Assembly: GCA_964035545.1 (NCBI GenBank)
Contig: OZ037772.1
Coordinates: 8,549,150 to 8,613,149 of the forward strand
Source: Bugula neritina
Taxonomy: Eukaryota; Animalia; Bryozoa
Reading direction: 5' to 3'
DNA: 64,000 bases
The notes below the pieces were generated by a model that worked only from the letters and a program-made list of their open reading frames with translations, was not told the origin of the DNA and did not search any database. Made by a program: the position numbers and the translations under genes. Below, in pieces: positions 30,186 to 39,940 of the stretch (position 1 is the stretch's first letter; each line of letters opens with the position of its first letter).

Positions 30186-31044
30186 AACTGAGGGGCAATA
30201 GAAGGGAAAGTAACTTGTTCTGATTAGATATTCACTATATCAGGTTAATCTAACAGCATAATGATCATGGCTATTTACCTCTAGTTAATTCCTAAAGAGC
30301 TACTATAGGCTATTGTATGTGAATAAAGCTATAATGGAACCATGTGTTAGAACTGCATCTTTGACCATCAAATAATATTGCTATATACTCTATTTGCTTG
30401 TGTAAAGAAAGACTCATGAGGGAAATTTAATTTGGCATGACGAAAAATATAATCTGTGGTTTCAAAGTATACCAAGTAAACTTATTGATATAAAACCCGA
30501 TATGCTGATTCAAATAATTATTTCATCTAGCTACAACCTTGTATGCCCTATAGTTCAAAAGGTACATTATATAGTAAACTATAACTTTGTTAAGGCACTA
30601 AACTTTAGAACAAATATTTAACCATAAATCTATTTCAATAAAGTAAAGTTGGAATACAATATTTCAACTTGAGAGTAATTATAATATGGTTTATTATATA
30701 TTTTACAAAAACTAATGTTGCATAAAAAAAGAGCTTAGACTCAACTGTGTGAACACATTGGCTGTGAAGTAGAAGCATAACTATAAAACTAAGGGTTGAA
30801 TTGAACAAGATAAAAAAGTTTTATTTAATAACTTAAAGAGGCTAGAACTTTACTAATATATAATTATTAAAACTATCTATATGGTACTATATGACATGAA
30901 ACTTTACTAGTCTAAAGAATACTGAAATATTACGTCTTTGATTACCCATTTTATTGGTTTTTAGTGTGTATTTTAATGTGTGAATGAAGGCTAGTTTTTT
31001 TTAGTGAACGATTTGTTACACACATTGCATGTATATGGCTTCTC

Positions 31045-33710
31045 TCAAGTGTGTGTCCTCATATGTGAAATAAGGTGGTTCTTTTGAGAAAATGATGTAT
31101 TGCACACATTGCATGTATATGGCTTCTCTCCCATGTGTTTTCTCATATGTCTAGTTAGGGTGCCGCTTCGAGAAAATGACTTTTTACAAACATTGCATAG
31201 AAATGGCTTCTCTCCCGTGTGTGTTCTCATATGTCTAGTTAGGGTGCCGCTTCGAGAAAATGACTTTTTACAAACATTACATTGATATGGTTTCTCTCCC
31301 GTGTGTGTTCTCATATGTCTGGTTAGGGTGCCGCTTAGAGAAAATGACTTTTTACAAACATCACATTGATATGGTTTCTCTCCAGTGTGTGTCCTCATGT
31401 GTTGCTTTAGGATATCACTGGTAGAGAATTTCTTTATACAAATGTGACATGAAAATGGTTTTTCTCCCGTGTGTGTTCTAAAGTGCCGAGTAAGATGTTG
31501 CATATTTTTTGTCTTATAGTTACACTGAGGACATTTCTTTATACCCTGCTGTTCTTCATTCTTCTCAACACCAGCATCTTGTGTTGACTCATACTCACAA
31601 ACATCATGTAAAGTTGTCTTCTCTTTGATCACTTCTTCTTTCTGATTGAGGACATCTGTAGGCTGGTTGGCCATCTTATACACTATTTGATCAGTTTGAG
31701 TCACTATACTCCTGTTTATTTCTTTAGAATAGTCATTGCACTTATATTCATAAGTTTCTTTGTACAGTGTATTTGGTAAAATTTCAGAATATAAATGATC
31801 TTGGATTTCCCCTGTAAAACAGTATTACAAATGATATAATAGCATTGAGTTTTCATTCATAGTTTTTTTAATGAATTAATGATACATCCTAATGTATAAA
31901 TTATGTATTCTTCTTTTTTTGAGAAAACATGGATCCAATTCAATCAGTTACTAATATGCCACCAATGATGGAAGCACAACTAGCTATATAATATATCAAT
32001 TTAAAGAGTTATTAAATCAACTACTATTGAAAGCAGTTATTGCACTACTGGAGGATATGATGCTAGCTTAATTAGAACTATAAAATCATGACATTCATTA
32101 TTGGTAAAGGCCATATTGGTGTTATGAAGAGCATTTGGCCATAATTTTTCTTTTGCCGCAATAGCAAAAATGTTCTCAGCCTGCTGAAAACCTTTACCAT
32201 TCAGGCTTTTACAGTTAAACCAGTCACCAGTTAAACTGGTTTTTAAATTCTTTTTCAGCATTTTGAACAGATTTTAACATGTGCTAAACACATACTAACC
32301 CGATGATATGTAGTCCGCTAAGGCATTCAACCCTAAAACTTTTAAACTGTCAGAGATAGCTTCAGACAGAGGGGCACCAGGTTTTTCTGGTAGGTACTTG
32401 TCATACACTGTGGCTTCTATGAAGAAAGAGGTTGTATGCATCAACCAGAGGTTAACTGAATCGTAAATGAGTATAGTTGTAAAATGATACTTGGCTAATT
32501 TATTTTGTTGTTTAATCCTTGATATCATGTGATATCATTTCAATTAGTGATTGCAATGAATGAAACATTTAATGGTTTTCGCTTTATTTATCTAATCAGT
32601 ATACTCACCAGTTGAAATGACTTCCGGTACAGTATTCTGTCCAAAAACTTTAAAAGTCTGATCAGACATAACTTCAGATGTAGTAAAATCAAGTTTTTCT
32701 TGCATATAGTTTTCACGTACTGCACTTTGTTTCCTGGGACGTTCCAAATGTGGGCGGTTGCTCAAAAAATCTGAGAATTCATTCTCTACACCATCTTCGA
32801 CATAAGTGTCAGACACTGTTGTTGGCATTTCAAGGAAAGTTTGATTGTCTGTATTGACATTAAAACTTTGAGAGTCTAAAATCACCGAATGTCTCTCAGA
32901 GCTGTTAATGGTTACTAAAGGATCCCACTCAGCACTATATTTGTCTCTACAATATGAATCCTGTCTGTAAGGATCAGGATCTTCGGGTAAATAATATCCA
33001 CTTGAACTGCTATAAGCTTCTGGCAACATAGGAATATCAGATTCTTGTGATAGACAGTTGTCATATGCCGCAGTTTCTGTGTCAACATTGTCTTGAGTGT
33101 TTGTATCAACTGTAGAAATTAAAGGAGCTGAGTTTATAAAAAACCTATGAGAAGTTTGAGTAAAGTTTTCAGAAAAAGCTCTTGTATATGTTCACTCAGC
33201 ACACACTCGCACACACTAGCACACACTAGCACACACTAGCACACACCCGCACACACCCGCACACACCCGCACACACCCGCACACACCCGCACACACCCGC
33301 ACACACCCGCACACACCCGCACACACCCGCACACACCCGCACACACCCGCACACACCCGCACACACCCGCACACACTCGCAAACACTCGCACACACTCGC
33401 ACACACTCGCACACACTCGCACACACTCGCACACACTCGCACACACTCGCACACACTCGCACACACTCGCACACACTCGCACACACTCGCACAGGCACAC
33501 AATGGTAATGAAAGTTCCAATGACACAGTAAGATCCACATGAGAGTGCAATTGCTAAAAAATTTTGTACACTTATACAGTATAAATTTACTTTTTTTCTC
33601 AATCATTCGTTAGAAACAGATAGATATGAAAACCATTGAATAGTACCAATTAGCCAACAATTTTTTAATGTTTACAAAAATTTATACTTACATGGCTGGC
33701 CCCCAGACAT
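31045..33710 (-). CDS. ZNF unit U10: 6 fingers including three near-identical tandem fingers; 5'-shortened exon A
   Basis: ATG exon 33692-33710 (MSGGQP). Exon A is probably 32609-33109 via a cryptic in-phase acceptor. Exon B 32300-32455 (156 nt, open). Finger exon 31045-31811. Confidence 0.72.
33199..33493. repeat. 10-bp satellite (GCACACACTC / GCACACACCC)n in U10
   Basis: About 29 units in homogeneous blocks of variants. Confidence 0.95.
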
Positions 33711-35523
33711 GGTGTAACAACTAGACACAACTCAAAGACACTTGAAAGAAAAGAAGTCGGTTCCTAATAAAACTTCACTATGAAATATCCACTATCAGAA
33801 TAGTTAGACTATGATCCACACTGAATCAGATAATCATCTAGTAGCATAGCCTTCTGGCTATTTGTTTGTAAATAATCAGTACAGTTAGCTATTGTATATT
33901 AAAAAGCTGTTGGAAAAATGGGTTAAGTCTATACCTTTGTCCAATCTTTGTAGGTCAAATGAAAAAATCACTAAGAGAGGTCAGCAGTATTCAATATAGC
34001 AAACATCACAGCCACCATCAGTAATGTTAAATTATATCAAATAAATTTTTTGGGATAAAACAGAATTGGCTGACAATTGTTAATGCGTTTCCTTTGAATG
34101 CAGTTTTGCTTAGTTTATTTCTGAATGTACATTGCACAAGGTTATTTTGTTTAACAAATTATGATTATTAAAAGGAAAATTTATGCACAAATCTGTTGCT
34201 AGAAAGTAGAGTTGCAACAGTATTTTGACTTAACATCAATTATATAAGCTTTTTCTAAAAATATGAAATACCATCTCACAAAAAAAAATTACTGAATTGC
34301 AGTAAAAAAATGAGAAAGAACTGACACTAAACTTTCTGAACACCAAAATAATGCTTGTTTTAAATTTGAAGATATAGCACAACAAGATAAGTTTTGCACT
34401 TTCCTAAAATAAGCATTAGAAACATTATTTAACTAACTTATCCGGAAATAGAGGTGCAATAGCATTTCAATTTAAGAATAATTTTTTAAAGTTATGTTTG
34501 ATGTTATCAAAGAGCTGTAGATAAAACGGAATCTATAAATTAGTGTTAGGTATAAATGGCTTTAGCTTATAGATGATAATGGCACAGATCACGATTAAGG
34601 AAAAGTTTTTGGGGTTTTGGAAAATTTAATATTAATGTGACATACTTAACATTGGCTCATCTTCTATATATCAAAATGAGCATTAGAGCAATGACTAAAC
34701 CTCTAATGCTGTCAGGAATGTGTAGTTATACAACAGTGTCCCAACTTGACCGTATTACATAAGGTTTTTCTGACAATATAAAAACAGTCAATATGTATAA
34801 TTATCTATTATATGTCAAAAGGATATAATTTTACAGTAAAAGAAAATGAGAAGAAACTGATACTAAACTGTGTAAACATATTGAATGTGAAATAGAAACT
34901 GCATGTCATTAGAAAAAGTAGTGAAGTCAACAAGATGAAGAAAGTTTTGTTTTATATCTCATGATTTCACTAAAAATACTATTAGTCATAAGTTACATGA
35001 AACTATTAAAATAAGATGTAAGTACTATATGACATAAAACTTTATTAAACTTAAAATTGCTGAGATATCATATGCCCTAGACTATGTGTATAAAAGTTGC
35101 TTAAAAAAACAAATTTTAAATATAATCAAATATAAAGAACAATTTTCAACTTTACATTCTAAAAATAGAATAACATATTATATTGCTTCTGTTCCTATGT
35201 CTACATTTATCCAGCTTTCAAGTACTTTTACAGCTTATAAAGTTTATTTTGTATTCATGTTAGATCCTAATAGACAGACGTGTTAAAATCTTTACCTTTC
35301 ATCAGCTAGATGCATTGTCTATATACAAACATGTATGCAGTATTATTGCTTTGCATTACCAGAGACAATTATGGGAATAACAATGGCTTCTTCTTGTTTT
35401 ATCAGCAGTCAAATACAACTAAGAAAAAATTTCAAACATCACCCCTATGGTGAGCCACTTGTTTATCTGAGTGTTTTTCATAAGAGAAACAATTTGAATT
35501 TTAATACAGCAGCTATACTTATA

Positions 35524-38500
35524 CTATGGTAGACCAGACTGATTCTTAGTGAGTATTTTAGTGAGAGACAGAAGGCTAGCTTTACTAGTGAATGACTTCT
35601 TACACACATGGCATAGAAATTGCTTCTCTTCACTATGTGCTCTCATATGTCTGGTTAGAGAACTTTTTTGAGTAAATAATTTTTTGCACACATGGCATGA
35701 ATATGGCTTCTCTCTAGTGTGTGTCCTCATATGTAACATAAGGTTACCCTTTTGAGTGAATGATTTATTACACACACTGCATGAAAATGGTTTTTCTCCA
35801 GTATGTGTCCTCATATGTTCCTGCAGGGTAGTTCTGTGTTTAAATGCACTTTTACAAATATGACATGCAAATGGTTTCTCTCCAGTGTGTGCTCTCATGT
35901 GTCTGGTTAGAGAATCTTTTTGAGCGAATGATTTGTTACACACATGACATAGAAATGGCTTCTCTCCAGTGTGTGTCCTGACATGTTTCTGCAGGGTACC
36001 TCTTTGGCTGAACGCACTCTTACAAATATGACATACAAATGGTTTCTCTCCTGTGTGTATTCGCATGTGACAGATAAGAGCATTTTTCCAGGCAAAAGCA
36101 GACCCACATATTTCACATATAAATGGCTTCTCTCCAGTATGTATTCTCATGTGCCTGTTGAGATGACTCATGTGTCTAGTCTTGAAGCTACATATTGAAC
36201 ATTGAAAACATTTCCTTTTGTTCTGCTCTTCTGTATTCTTCTCAAGACCAGCTTCTTGTGTCAACTCATACTCAGAAACATCATGTAAAGTTGTCTTCTC
36301 TTTGATCACTTCTTCTTTCTGATTGAGGACATCTGTAGGCTGGTTGGCCATCTTATACACTATTTGATCAGTTTGAGTCACTACACTCCTGTTTATTTCT
36401 TTAGAATAGTCATTGCAATTATATTCATAAGTTTCTTTGTACAGTGTATCTGGATGAATTTCAGAATATAAATGATCTTCAATTTCCCCTGTAAAACAGT
36501 ATTACAAAAGATATAATAGCATTGAGTTTTCATTTATAGTGTGTTTATTGTTATTATTACATCCTAATGTATAAATTATGCATTCTTTTTCTTTTGAGAA
36601 AACATGGATCCAATTCAATCAGTTACTAATATGCCACCAATGATGAAAGCACAACCAGCTATAATATATCAATTTAAAGAGTTATTAAATCAACTACTAT
36701 TGAAGCAGTTATTGCACTACTGGAGGATATGATGCTAGCTTAATTAGAACTATAAAATCATGACATACATTATTGGTAAAGGCCATATTGGTGTTAGGAG
36801 AAGCATTCAGCCATAATTTTTCCTTTGCCACAATAGAAAATATGTTCTCAGCTTTCTGAAAACTTTACCATTCACGCTTTTAGAGTTAAACCAGTCACCA
36901 GTTAAACTGGTTTTTAAATTATTTTTCAGCATTTTGAACAGATTTTAACACGTGTTAAACACATACTAACCCGATGATATGTAGTCCGCTATGGCATTCA
37001 ACCCTAAAACTTTTAAACTGTCAGAGATAACTTCAGACAGAGGGGCACCAGGTTCTTCTGGTAGGTACTTGTCGTACACTGTGGCTTCTATGAAGAAAGG
37101 GGTATATGGTTCTATGCATCAACCATGGGAACTGAATCGTGAATGAGTATAGTTGTAAACTGATACTTGGCTAATTTATTTTATTGTTTAATCCTTAATA
37201 TTATGTGATATCATTTCAATTAGTAATTGCAGTGAATGAAACATTTGATGGTTTTTGCTTTATTTATCTAATCAGTATACTCACCAGTTGAAATGACTTC
37301 CGGTACAGTATTCTGTCCTAAAACTTTAAAAGTCCGATTAGACATAACTTCAGATGTAGGAAAATCAAGTTTTTCTTGCAGATAGTTTTCTTGTACTGCA
37401 CTTTGTTTCCTGGGATGTTCCAAATGTGGGCGGTTGCTCAAAAGATCTGAGAATTCATTCTCTACACCTTCTTGGACATAAGTGTCAGACACTGTTGTTT
37501 GCATTTCACGGAAAGTTTGATTGTCTGTATTGACATTAAAACTTTGAGAGTCTAAATTCACCGAATGTCTCTCAGAGCTGTTGTTGGTTACTAAAGGATC
37601 CCACTCAGCATTATACTCATCTCTACAATATGGATCCTGTCTGTAAGGATCAGGATCTTCGGGTAAATAATTTCCACTTGAACTGCTAAAAGCTTCTGGC
37701 AACATAGGAATATCAGATTCTTGTGATAGACAGTTGTCATATGCCGCAGTTTCTGTGTTAAAGGATTGCTCTATCTTAGTTTATTACAATCACATTATAA
37801 TTATAAACTATAATCTAATGTGTATGCAAACAATTGTGACTTTGCAAAGGGATATATGCCTAGAAAACAGCTTTTCAAAATTCCAATTTTGAGGGAGGTA
37901 AAATTTTCAGCCATGAAAAAGAATAGCCTAATACGTGACGTGTGAACGCCAGTAACTATGCTGCACGTGCTAACTATAACGCTAGTATTCAAGGTTGCTG
38001 GGCACAACATCAACCAATTACGCTCAAGCAGTTACAGTGCGCTATATAGGTCAGCTTTGGTGTGCCCGTAATATTGCACGATCTGACTTAGTTTAGATCG
38101 ATCGCAAGCATTCATCCTAAAGAATGCATGCTTTTGCAAGGCTTTTTTCTAATGTTTACAAGCAAAATATAGCCTAATGTTTTCACATACATGTTATTTA
38201 AAATGTCAAAAAACTATAGATTGAGATAATTCACATTTGCACTTCTATAAATATACAAATTGCAAGCTAAAAGATTACATCTCACAGTCATATTTCTATA
38301 GTTATTCATTTGTATAGTCACGTGACCAGCAGGAATGCTGGCGCTGTTACGTCACACTTCCCAGCTCATTTCAAAATCGGCGTTTTGGCTGTTACCAATC
38401 TACACCCTCAACTTCAACTAACTTTTTCTACCTTTGGTCAAATGCTTTTTGTCAATGCATGCTTAGAAAAACACAATATTATATGTGTTTGACCTAAATG

Positions 38501-39003
38501 GCCATTTATTAGACAAGATAGAGCAATCCTTTAACATTGTCTTGAGTGTTTGTTTCAACTGTAGAAATTAAAGGAGCTGAGTTTACAGAAAACCTACGAG
38601 GAGCTTGAGTAAAATTCTCAGAGAGAGCTCTTGTATATGTTCACTCAGCACACACACTCGCACACACTCGCACACACTCGCACACACTCGCACACACTCG
38701 CACACACTCGCACACACTCGCACACACTCGCACACACTCGCACACACTCGCACACACTCGCACACACTCGCACACACTCGCACAGGCACACAATGGTAAT
38801 GAAAGTTCCAATGACACAGTAAGATCCACATTAGAGTGCAATTGCTAAAAAATTTTGTACACTTATACAGTATAAATTTACTTTTTTTATCAATATCATT
38901 CTTTAGAAACAGATAGATATGAAAACCATTAAATAGTACCAATTAGCCAACAATTTTTTAATGTTTGTAAAACTTTATACTTACATGGCTGGCCCCCAGA
39001 CAT
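35524..39003 (-). CDS. ZNF unit U11: 7 intact plus 1 degenerate finger; exon A interrupted by a transposon, exon B broken
   Basis: ATG exon 38985-39003. Exon A (donor side at 37285) is split by insertion 37762-38530. Exon B 36971-37131 is 161 nt with an in-frame TAG. Finger exon 35524-36488 is open with an intact acceptor. Confidence 0.65.
37762..38530. mobile_element. Non-autonomous DNA transposon with TTAA target duplication (Kolobok-type termini)
   Basis: Perfect 16-bp TIR AGGATTGCTCTATCTT…AAGATAGAGCAATCCT with TTAA at 37758-37761 and 38531-38534. The empty site is visible in paralogs U4, U8 and U10. AGG…CCT ends fit Kolobok better than piggyBac (CC…GG). Confidence 0.85.
38648..38784. repeat. 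10-bp satellite (GCACACACTC)n in U11
   Basis: Paralogous to 33199-33493, shorter and with a single variant. Confidence 0.95.
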
Positions 39004-39482
39004 GGCGTAAGAACTAAACACAACCCAGAGATACTTAAAAGAAGAGAAGTTAGTGCCTTATAAAACTTCACCATAAAATATCCACGAGCAGAATAGTTAG
39101 ACTATGATCTACACTGAATCAGATAATTATCTAGTAGCATAGCGTCCTGTCCTGGCTATTTGTTTGCAAATAATCAGTATTATAGTTAGCTATTGTATAT
39201 TAAAAAGCTGTTAGAACAATAGTATGCAAGTGTTTCATGTTTAATAAAAAACTCAATGTCAAGGTCAATTACTTTTGATAATTGAAACATTACAACCACC
39301 ATGAGTTATGTCAATTGCTGTATTAAGTAAAATTATTGAGACAATTTCATCTGACACACTTTTGCATGTTATTAAAAATTTTAACTACATGTAACAAGTG
39401 GAAGAAGGTAAAATATAACATCCCAACACCAATAAATTTCAAAAGCTTTACTACACTTAACTAAAAAGTGACAGTATATGTG

Positions 39483-39580
39483 TGCAAGAATGGGGAAATT
39501 GAGAAGAGCCTGCCTTCTAGATTAGAAATGTAGCATCAGAAGTTATGTTCTCGTGAGAATTTCAACCCCAAACTTTAAAC
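39483..39580. repeat. Dispersed repeat fragment; inverted copy at ~49010-49110
   Basis: TTCTAGATTAGAAATGTAGCAT.AGAAGTTATGTTCTC…GAATTTCAACCC has its reverse complement at ~49025-49080. Confidence 0.7.
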
Positions 39581-39940
39581 CAAAATTTGATATTAAAGTT
39601 AAAAAACTTAGGCTACCTTAATCTCTTCTCTATATATACTGTTCCTATAAAAAGAGAAGGTGATACCTCAACAATTCATAGCTCCAGGATTTTGTAGTTA
39701 CTTATAACTGTTTGGTTACGTAAGCTATAATGAAATTATCTCAATATTGGTTTTACTTTCAATATCTTAGACTGGTGAATAGTATTCTTTTAGAAAAAGT
39801 CATAATGTAACCGCTTATGTTATATCTCAAGCAATCAAGCTAACAATTAGTTAATATAATATTCTTACAAGGACAATAATTTAGTGAGTTATCATCTCTA
39901 ATACTAATAACTGTACTAACAAAGGATTGAGTGAAAGATT

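Noticed and set aside
33199-33493. U10 RSGTLTR fingers binding the gene's own GCGGGTGTGT satellite (autoregulation)
   Set aside because: The repeat has no in-register GNGGNG, which two adjacent R-1/R6 fingers would be expected to need.
1-39003. The ~4-kb units as transposon copies carrying ZNF ORFs, or as an assembly artefact
   Set aside because: No TIRs, TSDs, LTRs or transposase/RT at unit boundaries, and the units are too diverged and mosaic to be collapsed or duplicated haplotypes.
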